Origin: Saprolegnia diclina VS20
Taxonomy: Eukaryota
NCBI RefSeq assembly: GCF_000281045.1
Contig: NW_008246108.1
Span: 310,197-346,223 of the forward strand
Reading direction: 5' to 3'
Length of the DNA stretch: 36,027 bases
Under the pieces are notes generated by a model. The model saw only the letters and a list, made by a program, of their open reading frames with translations, did not search any database and was not told where the DNA came from. This document shows positions 1-12,000 of the stretch, piece by piece. Numbering within the stretch: the stretch's first letter is position 1; each line of letters opens with the position of its first letter. Both the position numbers and the translations under genes were made by a program.

Positions 1-132
1 GATCAACTCGGGGGTTGACTTGGGCCGGAGCAGGCCTTCATGCACTCCGGTGCTGTAATGGTCTAGGAGTGCCTTCGGGTTCCTCCACAGCGCAATTTTT
101 GCCAGCGGGGGTGTGCGCGTGCGCCACCCCCA
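1..132 (+). ncRNA. U1: U1 snRNA-like gene, copy 1 (5' end truncated by window start)
   Basis: Elements occur in U1 order: GATCAA loop-I-like motif (1-6); ATGCACTCCGG (40-50) resembling loop II ATTGCACTCCGG; GGAG-TGCC-TTCG-GGTT-CCTCC hairpin with a cUUCGg tetraloop; Sm site AATTTTTG (94-101); terminal hairpin GGGGG...CCCCC (107-131) like SL4. The diagnostic 5' ATACTTACCTG is outside the window. Confidence 0.8.
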
Positions 133-1035
133 CCCCAACACTCGCAACTACACATTTCTTCAGAACCGCAACACAAGCCCAAGACACTGCGCTTGTACTG
201 TTGGGTCGCTCGAATACTTGGTGCTCACAGCATTGGACATGGCTGCCAGAAGGTGAGAAGCTTTAGAATTGCCTCTGGATTGTTCACGTTAGTCTGATGC
301 TCCCGTACAATTGTATCTTGTTGGTGACGTTTTAGCGGATGCCAATTCTTCAAAAACTTATTGTTAATGGCCTAATTCGGCACCGAGGTTGAGAGATGCA
401 ACGACCATGAGCTCAATCGAGCGTGCAGTTGCAAACTACATTTCGCTCAAGTAGCTCGCACAAGCAAGCTGACCGTCGTAGACAAGTCCGACCTCGTGCA
501 TCAACTTGTATCATATTACCATCTTGCTTTCGCGGACTGAGCGCTGATGTGCTAGGATATAACGTTATTCGCACATGAAGTCCACGATAGAGTGGCGGCC
601 ACGTGGCTGCTCGAATCCGTGAGCCTGGGATCGTTTTACTGTAGTAGCAGTGGCGCACCCTCACGACACTCGAGGACCGGTGTCCGTGTTGAAGCGGCGA
701 GGACGGAATCTCGCTGGCGTTTGTTGTGATTACTGCAAGGATGTTGTATGTTGACTAACTCGGCAGATTATACAACAGAACATAGCTACATCTTTTCAAA
801 TGCGATCCAATCGTTCCGTGCTGCATCAGAGTGAGTAACTCGACACAGTTGCGCGAGACACCCGTGGGGATGGCAGTCCTGTTCTCATCCGCCAATCACA
901 TGGCTTGCATCTCCAGTGCGCGCACCTGTGCTCGCATACAAGAGATAAAATGATTACAACGTTCGCGCACCCCAGGTTCACATGGCGATCTTCTTGCAAT
1001 GATTTTTGTTGGAATTGCACACGCGGGCGGTCCTA

Positions 1036-1049
1036 TCAGTTTGCATTTC
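1036..1049 (+). promoter_or_regulatory. Oomycete INR+FPR core promoter-like element
   Basis: TCAGTTTGCATTTC fits the oomycete TCATTYBNNNWTTY consensus with one mismatch and lies just upstream of ATG 1053. Confidence 0.45.
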
Positions 1050-1052
1050 CCC

Positions 1053-2540
1053 ATGAGCCTCCCACTTCCGCGCGACTTCTTCGACTGCCGCCCGCTGCCG
1101 CAAAGCGAAGAGCACGACCTCCTCGACCTCGCTGCCGCCGTCTGCCATGACACGGCGCTCAATGCGCTCACGATGGCCCAGCGGCCGCCATCGAAGGAGA
1201 TCATCAACGAGGCCACCAAGCGCCGGGCGACGGTACGCACCACCGCACGAGTATATCCCAATACGACGAGATTGATGAATAGCTGCACTTTGGCACCGAT
1301 CTCGTTGACCCGGCCATGTACGGGCTCACGGGCGTCTCGCGATTGCGCACGACGATCGACGAGCTCGTCGATTTTCTGCTCCTCACAACCCCCGAGAAGG
1401 TCCGCATCTACGGCAACGTCGTGGGCCAAGCCGTCCTCGACCGCATGACCTTGTACCAGCTGCCGCCGCGCGACTCGAGTATGCTTGCTGCTAGCGTGCA
1501 GTGGGCCGTGATTGAGAACCCGTTCTTGTCGTCCGCACTCACGCTCAAGCGCGACACGTGCTTTCTCGAGGTATATATATCGTTGCCGACCCTATTCCTC
1601 GTCGACCCTAGTCCTAGCGTAACCTTTTGTGTTGGACTAGGTACTCCAGCGCATCGAGGTGACAGACCCCGCGACAGGTCAGCGCCGACGGGGGCTCGTT
1701 CGCGCTACCCACTCGGTGGCGATGGACAGCTGCCCGTCGCTGCGCAAGTCCCACAACATTGTGCGCGGCGCGCTGATTCGGGTATTTTGGCGCTTGGAGC
1801 TACCAAAGTTCTGACTATGCATTCTAGTCGGGGCACTTGTTTCTTGAAGCGCAAGACGGCGAGTTCGACTACTACTACACGTACATCGTCGCGGATCCCG
1901 GGAGCGTACCCAAGTTTGTCTCGCTGCGCATTTTCCAAAAGATTGTGAGCCAGGTCCAATTCCCCATTCCTCAAAAACAAAGCGAAACCAAAACTCACAA
2001 GAAATTATCTGATTCGATAGATGCTCAACGTCGAGCACCACTTTGCACTCACGCGGCTTCCGGCGCTCATGGCAGAAATTGCCAAAGAGCCTCGGCGCCG
2101 GTTCAAACCCGACGGTGCCATTGCCGCCTGCGAAGCCTGCGCGTCCAAATTCAGTGTCTTTGGCTCCAAGCGCCACTGCTACAAGTGCCACCAGGTACCA
2201 ACCTACTAGACGTCTTCTACTAACTAGCCCGTAGGTTGTGTGCTCGGCCTGCATCCAGACGTACGCCGTGCGGACCCAGTGAAGTCTCAACGTCGATTTA
2301 TGCACCTACTGCTTTTGCGGCCACAAACCCCGCGCTGGTAGAGGCTGCTCATTTCGAGTCGCTCGGCTTGACTCGGACGACGTAGCTGGTCCGTACTGCT
2401 ACGGCCGCCAGAATGAAGTAGCGACGTCGAGTCTGCGGTCGCCCTGGCACGTCCCCTCCAAGTCTAGTGACGACGACGATCTCTGGACGAGCAACCAGCC
2501 AACGCTGCGTCAAGCTCCTCGACACGTGATATATATATAG
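1053..2540 (+). CDS. Oomycete START-like domain + C-terminal FYVE zinc finger protein (about 6 exons; in-frame TGA at 2280-2282)
   Basis: N-terminus MSLPLPRDFFDCRPL; motifs RDTCFLE and RGLVRATHSVAMDSCPSL...VRG typical of this oomycete family; FYVE CEAC..F....KRHCYKCHQ|VVCSAC...CTYC across intron 2195-2234. The frame stays open to TAG 2538-2540 after the internal TGA. Confidence 0.8.
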
Positions 2541-2557
2541 GAATAAGATTATGATCT

Positions 2558-5500
2558 CTAGTCAAACTCGTACGTGGCGTTAATCGTGCGTCGGCGCTTC
2601 TTGCCGCTCACATCGGCCACGTGGGGCGCTATGTACATGGCTTCCACCGCCTTCTCGGCGCCGCCCAAAATGTACTCGACGTCGTACGTCACCGCATCGG
2701 CCGAGATCGCGTGCTTCTTCTTGATACGCGCGACGCCGCCGGGCTTGTTGATGCCCTTCCACGTCCGCTCCGTCACGCGCACCGTGTCGCCCACGCTAAA
2801 CACTGCCACACTCGGCGGTGTTTCACGGTCGCTCGCGGGCGGCGCCTCGTTGTCGCTTGCGGGCGGCGACGGCTTGGGCGACGGCAACACGTCCGACTTG
2901 CGCTTTCGTGCAGGCTTTTTCTGCTGCTGCTGCTTGAGTGGCGTCGTGCGTTTGTGGGGCGGGATGGCGCTGGCGTCGGGCAGCGGCGGCAGGAGCAGAC
3001 TCTCATCGTTGTCTTCTAAGAGCTTGCCTTCTTTGATGAGCTGCTTCTTGATGTGCGGCGGCCAGTCGATGGACGCTTGTGTCTGCGGGTCGGCCTTGGC
3101 GAGGTGCTTGGGGCACCACCCGGCAAACGAAGGGTACGTGGTGAGAAGACCGTGCACGTACGCGCACTAGCACAGCAACAACGTCGTATCGAGACGAGAA
3201 GAAGGACGAGACCGCACCTGCACGTGGTACGACTTGGTGCATTTTTTGCTCGCGCACTGGAGCTTGTTGACGCCGACCTTCTTCCGGCAAATGACGCACA
3301 CGAGGCTTTGGCGCTCGGCCGGCACGTTGGCGATGCCGTACCCGAGGTGCTCGTCAAAGTACGTCTCGGGCGTGTACAGGAGGCACATGATGTGCGCGAC
3401 TTGGCCGCACGACGTGGCCGCGAGGTCGCCGCCGGGAATCAGGCACAAGACGCACGTCGCTGAGCTCTCTTCTTGCTTGTCCGTGATAAAGAGCGGCAGG
3501 TCCACGTCGTCCTCGTCATCGTCGTCGTTTTTGTCTTCGTTGGCAGATGTGAGGTCGAGTGTGGGTACTGGCACCTGCCCGGACGACGGCACAAGCGCCA
3601 CGGTCTTGGCCGTCTTCTACACGAGCATCGAATATTGCACCATGTTGAGCAAAGAGGATACCGGTGTCGGCGGCGGGTTGACGGGGCCGTAGTGTTCTTC
3701 GTGGAGCGCCATCATTTTTGCGTACATCTCTTCGTACTGCCGGTTGGTGAGCGCTATCCATGCTCGTGTATCGCACTGGAACACCGCTCTTTAGAGGTAC
3801 CTTCCATGGCCGCAAAGTACGCGCGTTTCTTCTCTTTCTCGAGGAGCAACGACAGCTTCTCAAAGGTTGCTTTCGTTGACGCATCGACCGTCCGCAGTTG
3901 CTCGTGCAGCGCCTGGAGCTGCGGACCAATCTCGTCTGGCACGCCGTCTTCCAGCACATCGGTGACAGCGTTGAGACGCAGCGAGACGCCTTCCGGCAGT
4001 GCTTCCATGGTCGCTTTCGAGGTTTCGACGATGGCGTCCGTCTCGCACTCGACGCGGAACGTGACTTGAAACGATGTTGCACATGGCTCCATCCCGGCCA
4101 TGGGGACCATGGCGACGAGCGTGGCCTGGAGCGTCCACGCTTCGTCGTACGTCGCGTCGTTGGCGTCCGACGGCGTCGCGCCGACTGGGTCGTCCATCGT
4201 CACGGGCGTCACGTACTGTCGCTCAATCTGGTTCTCACGTCCGCCAAGCACATACACCACGTCGTACGTAAAGCCGTCGCCGACTACGGGCACGGTCGCA
4301 TTCGAATAAAATCAGAAACTAAGAAACATACCAGGTCGTCGGGCCTTGACGCGCCCTGTGCCGCCGAGCTTGTTGATGCCGGGCCACGTCCGCTTGGCGA
4401 CCTTGACCATCGTGCCCACGTCGAGCGGCGGCAGCGCGGCGACAGGAATTGCGGCTTGGGCCGCGCGAAGCTCCTTGCGCTTTGCGTAAACGACGTCCGG
4501 GATGTCGGAGAAGCCAATGGGCGGGATCACATACAAGCTCTCGGGACTGCGCAGCGACTCGAGCAGTGCCTACACACGCCTGAGTGCACTCAACATATTG
4601 CGGCAATAAGAACCGAAGTGTCGACGCTCGTGCCGTGGTACATTTCATCAAAGACGGACCAGATGCGGGGCATGGCGAGCTTCCCGTCCGACCGGAGGTA
4701 GCACCACGGCCACTCTTCGTTGGACGTGGGTGCGTCGACGCCACTCGGCTCGACGGCGCGCGAGCCATCGGTGGGCAGCGGCACCTTCTTTTTGAACCAG
4801 CACTGGATCGGCAGCTTGCACTGCGGAAGGATCTCGTCCTTCATATGCGTCGGCGAAATGTTGGCGAGCGGCATCGAGTTGATCGCGCAGAGCTCGTCGC
4901 CACTAACGCAGCATAAGAGATCTAGCGCAGTACCAGGATATGCTTACGGGGCGAGGTAGCCGTGGGCATACGCATAGGTGAACACGCCGTGCGGGCTCGG
5001 GTCGCTCGGGTACTCGACAATGTACTTCTTCTGCTGCAGAAGCGCGGTCGGATCAAACTCGATGCCGAGCGGCAGCGCCGGCACGAGACACATGATGTAC
5101 TCGCCGTTCGAGCGCACGATCGGCACAAAGACGGGGCAGTCAAAGAGATTAGCGCCCACGGCCTTGATCTGCTCCTGGAGCTCCTTGTTCTTGCGCGCCT
5201 TGGGCTTGGCTACCGACGCAGTGAGCTTGGTTTGAAAATACTCGGGGCGCGGTGCCTTCATCGCGATGCTGCGTGGCGCTTTCGTCGGCGTCATCTCGAT
5301 CGTCGAAGGCTTGACGGGCGTGGGCTTGGATGGCGTCAACAGCTTGGACGAGGCCTTGGCAGGCGTTGTCATTGGAGGTTTTGACGGCTTGACGGGTGTT
5401 GTCATCGGAGGTTTCGACGGCGTCGGCGGCTTGGCGGGTGTTGACGTCGGTGGCTTGGCGGCTTGCAGCGGCGGTGACGGCGGGAGGGCGAGAAGGCGTG

Positions 5501-6555
5501 CTGTCAACGCTCCCGACCGCTTCGTTGACGGTCGTGCGTCGTGGCGGACGACAGGCAAGTTGCCTCCACTGTGCGTGGCCTCGGCGTGCACCTTGCAGTA
5601 GCTCACGTACGTGTCTTCGTGGCGCGTAAAGGTGACGCCGGACCGGAGCGCGCACATGACGTGGTAGGCCGTCGGGCACTTGCCGGCGCAGCACTGCACG
5701 CACGCCGCATTGTCGGCCTTCCTGCACAGAGAGCACTTGAGCTTGCGCCGCGGCTTGAGAAGCTCGATGCCCTCGACCTTGTCGTGGATGAAGTAGAGTT
5801 CCGGGAGGTACAGCGTGCACGCCATGTGCACCCACTTGCCGTTGAGCGTCGGGACGAGCGCGCCGCCGAGGTGGTTGCAGGCGGCGCAGGCCGCGAGGTC
5901 GCTCTCGCACGAAATCCGGTTCGAGGCGCAAAAGTGGCAGTACCACGCCGAGTCGGGCACGCGCTTGATGTCGTAGCACGACTCGTGCACGGCGACCTAG
6001 TTGAGATGCGTTCGTGCAGCGTGGAGAGAGTAGGACTACGTACGTCGCACTCGTCGCAGATGACGATCCGGTCGTCGGCGAACGAGACGTCGCCCGCACA
6101 CACATCGCAGCGGACTTCGGACGGCGCGCTGGGCGGCGACGCCGCAGGTAGCGTCGAGAGCGCGGTGTAGCCGTCGGTTACCGGGAGGTCGGTTCGCCAC
6201 TGTATGGCCTGTGAAAATTCATACGTCGCCATGTCGGCCTTGGCCTTGACGGGCTCGGCGGCGCCGATGCTAAACTCGACCTCGTCGCGGAGGTTGGCCA
6301 CGCTCGCGAGGAGGTAGCCGTACTCGTTGAGCGACGACGGCGCCGCCTTGATGGTCTCCTCGACGTCGTCGAGCGCGTCCGAGAGGATCTCGACGATGTC
6401 AACCTCGTGGCTGGCCGACTAGGACGCGAGGTTATGAGCCATGGCCATGCCAGCGCGTCTACCTCGAGGAGCTCATGCACCGTGCTGATCGACTCCTTGA
6501 GCATCGGATCATGCACCGTGTACCCGAAGAGCGCATGGGCCGCGAGCGCTTCCAT
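2558..6555 (-). CDS. Large multi-exon chromatin reader: PHD + extended PHD (PZP-like), Pro/Thr/Lys linker, PDZ-like segment, two Tudor-like modules, second extended PHD
   Basis: CDVC...ICDECD|VAVHESC...WYCHFC (C4HC3 PHD); CAAC..GGAL...WVHMAC.LYLPE...CSLC...CVQC...C...YHVMCA...YCKVH (ePHD); second ePHD CVLC..PGG...HIMCLLYTPE...CVIC...QC...C...YHVQ|C...WCPKH; duplicated RTW(P/K)GINK(L/P)GG...TYDV.Y.LGG module. ATG at 6555 (MEALAAHALFGY), stop at 2558. That this is one gene is inferred from the close exon spacing. Confidence 0.8.
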
Positions 6556-6969
6556 CTGCCTTGAAACGGGAAATTGAATTGTGGCGGGTTCGTTTTGATT
6601 GGTGCTTTTTGGGGCTGTCGACTTGGATCCGATATGGCAGGATATGCATTCTGACAGGTAGTATAGCACCAGGACTGGTATTTGGAGTATGCATAAAGTG
6701 CATGTATGCAGTGTGAGAGGTTTCATTGTGGGCCAATCCGATGCGTTCCCTCGTGATTATCCGGAAAGATACCGGATTCGAATCGCCCCGTCGGCGCCGA
6801 GCGTTTTGGCGCGCAAACTTCTGTGGTCACTCGCTCAAGACGACCGATCGATTTGATTGGCTCCCGCGTCACGGGCTGTCAATGGCCTGTCGACGATCTC
6901 TAAGAAGGACCTCGGTCAAAATGGCAACGCCACCGAGCCCTACCGCTTGGACAAGAACGAGACTCGAGT

Positions 6970-9021
6970 TTGTACGGAGAGGAAGACGGTCGATGGCGCT
7001 TCGACAGCGACCAAAGGCTACCAAAAGTCTCTTCCCGTCCGCAGTCTTGGGTGAGTTGCAACCCATATGCTCGCCCGTTCATTGCCATCTGCTACATCTG
7101 TGGTCGCGATGAAGCGTCCTCTGTACCTGAGCTTTCATCGATAGTAGCAAGTACTACAGTCGTCGCCGAATGGGTTAGTTTGATGCTGTCAAGTAACGCC
7201 ACTAGCACTGCGGAAGAAAACCCACTGGCCGCCTATTTCAAGCGTCCGTCCTCTAATGGCCAAGGTCGCCGACGCCGGGGCCTTTCGTGTGACGCGCAAC
7301 CGCGTCGCGTGGCTCGTCAGCCTCGCGTCGCTCATCAACCTCTCGTCCACAGTAGCGTACCCTCGTCTCCCCCTGTTCCTTTATCGCTGACGCAGCCGCT
7401 CTCTGCATACATCTCCGAGTCGTTTCCTTGGACGCTTCGTCCCAGCTTCCCCGAGACCGTCTTTGAGAGCGACTCGGACGCCAACCTCACGCGTCGCCTC
7501 CAACGTCTCTACAACAGCAGCACGCTGCCATTGGGTGCAACGTACGTCGTTGACGGTAGCACGCTCGCCCAGGTCGGACGCCAGACGCTTCACCTCGGTA
7601 TGGAAGCGAATCTCACGCTGGACAAATGCATCTCGACCTATCTCTTGGGGCTCCCAGGACTGATCTTTTACCGGCCAAAACAGCTCCAGCTCGTGTGCAC
7701 CATTCTATCCGCGTCCAATTCGTCTACGGTGCTCGACTGGGCTGGCGCGTGCACCGTCGATGTCATCTGCGCGATCCCGTACGGCCGGAGCTGTCTCTGG
7801 CTCACGCCGGGTGACGATATTCACAACACGAGTGACGCGCAGGTCGTAACCCTGACATACGCTTCCTTGCCACGGCCGTGGGTCTCGTGGGCCTGGATCA
7901 AGCTCGTGTACCGACTTGCGACGACGCTGCTAGTGTGGCACCGCCTCTGGCATCGGTACTATGTGCATGTCCTGGCACTCGAAGCCACGGTCAGGAGGTG
8001 CGGCCACCGCCACAAGCCGGGCGCTTGGACGTACGAAGTGCTCGCGGGCGACCCAACAGCCATCGTGCTCCTCGACCCGTGGATCGCGTCGGCCTTCTAC
8101 ATTGACGTGTGGCTCAGCGTCACCAACCTCGCCATGGCCGTCATCCAGCAAATGCAGTCGGCCAATTTTTACATCAAAGTGCTCAGCGCCACCTACCTCT
8201 CGCGCACGGTACTTTCAACTACAGAGTGCTCGATGCCATCACTCGACTAGGTCTGGTTCGCGTACTGGAGCCTCTGCCTCGTCTCTCGACTGCTCAAGCG
8301 CTACGCGATCGAGCACAAATTTTCCGAGGTCGACCCAACGCTCCTCGCGATCGCGGTGAGCGTCTACGGGCCTGTCCTCACGTCGCTCAACGGCCAAGTG
8401 CCGTTCATGGTGGCGTTCTACCAGTGGTCTTTTGCATACTTTTTGCCGGTCAGCGCCCAAGACGACCAGGTCGAAGTGTCGTTGGCGATCTTGGTCTACA
8501 CACTCAACATTGCGATCTTGCCCGTGCTCTACGGGTTTTGCGCCCCGCTACTCCGCCACTGTCCGCACCTTGTTGTTTCAATGTAAAGTTAAAATGACGG
8601 TTTAGGTTGCTGTCGGGCGTCTCGTCGGCCCAACTACAGCAGCTATACGTACAGCAACTTCAAGAGCCGACTGGTCTTTGACTGCTTCCGGCTCATTCCA
8701 CCGGGGGCCACCGCACTCGGCGGCAACGTCCACCAAGCCATTGAGCGCGATCCGCACCTCAAGCGCTGCCCGACGATCAGCTTGCGCGCTACAGACTGCT
8801 TCCTCACTGTCTACTGCAATGGCCAACGCCAAGAGACGCTGCGACTGAGCTTGCTCTGCTGCATGGACACACAGAGCATCGGTGACGCCAGCACCGCGTC
8901 CTCGTTCCCGTTCAACGTTCTGACACTGCCTCCGCAAGCGGCGCTGCTCGTTCCTCAAACGACACAACCACTCGTCTACGAGATCCAGCGACCGAACGAG
9001 CCGTCTGCGTGGTGTCTCTAG
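6970..9021 (+). CDS. Multi-pass transmembrane hypothetical protein of an expanded oomycete-type family (5' end uncertain)
   Basis: Long ORF 6970-8250, intron ~8209-8250, hydrophobic exon from 8251 (VWFAYWSLCLVSRLLKR...VDPTLLAIAV), and a last exon ending TAG at 9021 with ...GGNVHQAIERDP...CPTISLRATDCFL. Several predicted TM helices; GDPTAIVL motif. Confidence 0.7.
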
Positions 9022-9081
9022 CCTACTAGACATGTTGTGCACATGTACAGTACAATTTTTGGTTGTTATATGTTGAAAACG

Positions 9082-12000
9082 CTAGCCGCCGCCGAGGACA
9101 TTGGCGTACTGGTCGGGCACGTTGGTCGAGTTGATATAGAGCGTGCTGGGCGGTGTCCGGAAGCGATCCGGGTACCGCTCGGCGTAGGTTTGGCCGAACG
9201 ACGTTTGCTGCATCGGGCTCGCGCGCAATTTGGTCGACGTGCCGACGTTGCGCAGGCTGCGGTCCCACGCCACGTTCCACGGTGTCGCCAGCGCCGTATC
9301 GCCGACATTGCCTTCGTACGCCTGAAAGACGTCGCATGGCACCGACTCGGAGTGGTTGAAGCACGGCGTGTAGTGCGGCTGGACGCCCGCCGAGGTCAGC
9401 TGAGCCACTTGCTCAAAGCTACCACCGTCCACGTAACAACGAGCGCTGTAGAATCTAGAGGCGCACCGCAGCGTGATCGACACTTGCTGGTCAAACTGCT
9501 TGATGTACGCGTCGAGCGCCTTGTCGTTGCGGCACTGGTCGAGCGTAGGCACAAGGCTCTGGTACTGCAGCACAAGGGGCGACATGTACGGCGACTGCGA
9601 CGCACACGGGAGGCAGTCGGCGTTGTTGGTCGGTGTGAGCGTCGTACACTCGGTTCCTAAATGACACGCTTGCGTCACAGCGTCTTCTGAATGACATACC
9701 GTAAGTGAAGCGAGGCGGCGCCGACGGTCGGAGCTCCCACTGGAAGCCGTTCCAGTAACTGGCCACGTGGCCAAAGTCCGCCGGTGCTACCATGGCGCGG
9801 GTTAGGGTAATCTTGCGAGTACTAGGTGTACCGAGGAATTGACGAAAGGGCACCGTGCGCGGAGGCGTCGAGCTAGCACTGAGATCCGCAAACGCAATGT
9901 TGAACCGCGCAAAGTCGACAAGCGAGCCCTCGCCGTCAAAGTCGCCTTCCAATTCAACCACGAGGGTCTAATGTCGTTGAGCGATTCGTAAAAAACATTA
10001 AAGATCGGAAAAATACCTCGGTCGAGAGAAAGTCGGGCGAGAGGCGGGCGATGCTGAGGTACTTTGCCCGGCGCTGCTCAACGACGTGGAGAGGGCCCGT
10101 CATCCGGTCGGGTTGCGTCGATACGATCGCATTGTCGATTTTATACCTAGTACATAGTTGTGAGCCTCTCGTTGATATAGACGCTGCTCGAACTGCTGGA
10201 CGCGATCGTGAACGAGGCTCGTCGAAGCGCTCATCCACTGCTGGTACGCCGTAAACGTCAACCTAATTTCCCAGACTCTCCGAGATGGACGACAACTGAA
10301 CACGTACAGATGCGAGGTCGGGTCCACAAGCTGTGCGAGGACCGAGGTGTCGAGGAAGGTGACGCCAAGGTCGGCTTCGAGCAATGCGATTTCGCTGCTG
10401 TCGAGGCTGTTGGAGCGGTCAAAGTCGTACTGGACAAAGAGCACCGTCGTGGCCTGTCCAAACCAGGTTATCAAGGTCGCCAACTGATACATTGATACAT
10501 ACATTGAGCACAAAGCTCTCAAACATATCGTAATAGACGCGGCCGTCAAAGTCGGGATCCAGAAGGATCGAAATCAGGTCCAGGCGCGGAAGCTGCCGGT
10601 CAATGAAGAAGCGCGAGAGCTCGTTCTCGTCCAAGTACCTACGTCGCGTCAATAGACACTGTAAATTACACTGTTTTGGAACCCAGATTTGTCCAAGTCG
10701 AAGCGGTCAAACATGAGGCCAGGGTCGTTGCCGATCCACGCGGTGAACTCTGCGTACGTCACTTTGTCGTCGCCGTTGGGGTTGAGCGCTTGGAGTTGGG
10801 CGCGTTTCAGCGCCGCAAACTCTGTTTGAAATTGGTTGTACGTCGCCGTACTCAGCACTTTGATGCCGGTCGTTTGCTACGAAACCTGGTCCGATACAGT
10901 GTAAAGATACAGTGTAATACCAGCGCCGCGAGCTCGTCCAGTGTAATTTTGTTGTCGCCGTTCCCGTCAATGTACGTCATGTCAAATTCGTCAAACTTGG
11001 CGACGAACGACCGCGGCAGCGGCACGCCCATCGTGTCGAGGATCAGCTCGAGGACGTTGGGCGGGTCATTTACATTGATGAACGGCGCACTCTCGCCTGG
11101 CAGCGGGTACGTGACCTAGCGACAGCAATGATTCTGTCTTGGTTGCATACAAAATGGCGCTCACTTGGAGGGACGGAGGCGTCGCGTAGGTGCTCGACAT
11201 GCCCGCAAACGTTTCAAAGAGGAGTCGCGTGATGTTGGTCGCGAGGGCATCAAAGTATGAGCCCCGCCACGTCTAAGCATCGCGCCAGCCGTCAGTTTGG
11301 ATGTACTGAGATCGTCGACCTTGATGTTGTATACGGGGAAGCCCCAGTCTGTGTGCGAAGGCACCGAGTGCGCTCGAAACGCATTGTTCTCGGGGTCATT
11401 GGGGTCCTATTCAGGTGTATTAGCTCAGTTGCGACGGTCGTCTCGTCGTGCCTTGTAGCGCGACTGGATCGCGCGTCCGCCTTGACCTTGGCCGTTGACT
11501 TGTTTGCGGTACTGCGGCGGACAATATCGGTTGGCGACTGTACCGTACGCCTTCAAGTTTCAATGTATCAACTCGATAGTAACGTACTCACGACGCTGGG
11601 CGAGCACACGTTAGTCGTGCGGTTGCAGCACGAGATACTCCAGTCAATGTCTTCGGACCGAAAGCGCTGGAGGTAGATGTCGTCGACGTTGTCGTACCTA
11701 CAACGACAGGGTCTTTCGAGGTAGCGCCAAGTTGTGCATCAAACGCATCAGAAAAGAAGGCGCGGTGGTAGGTGAGTGCGTAGTACGTCGAGCCGTCCGA
11801 GTGCTTGACGCTTTCCCAGAGCGGGTCCATGATGGGCCGTGGCAACCAGTACTCGACCGTCTTGTAGTAGCTCTGCACTAAGAAGGCTTCCTACAAGTTT
11901 CAATTCGTAAATTTCACGAATCACAAACAGAAGAAGCACCGATTCGCTGGCGCAAAAGACAGTTTGGTCGTGTGTCTCGTTGATGGGCTGCCCCCCCGGT

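Noticed and set aside
15..266. 83-aa ORF and the matching ORFs at 20898-21266
   Set aside because: They overlap the U1-like RNA or span the N gap; the shared peptide just reflects the duplicated RNA gene.
170..1000. Possible transposon remnant or small ORFs
   Set aside because: No recognisable protein motifs, terminal repeats or coding-like codon bias.
5280..5460. Tandem DNA repeats resembling an array
   Set aside because: They encode the P/T/K low-complexity linker (KPPMTTP) of the PHD protein; not CRISPR or satellite.
5149..6105. Long alternative-frame and antisense ORFs overlapping real genes (also 3898-4701, 16675-17415, 25752-26414, 26583-27251)
   Set aside because: Expected shadows of GC3-rich coding sequence; Arg/Ala/Ser-rich with no domain motifs.
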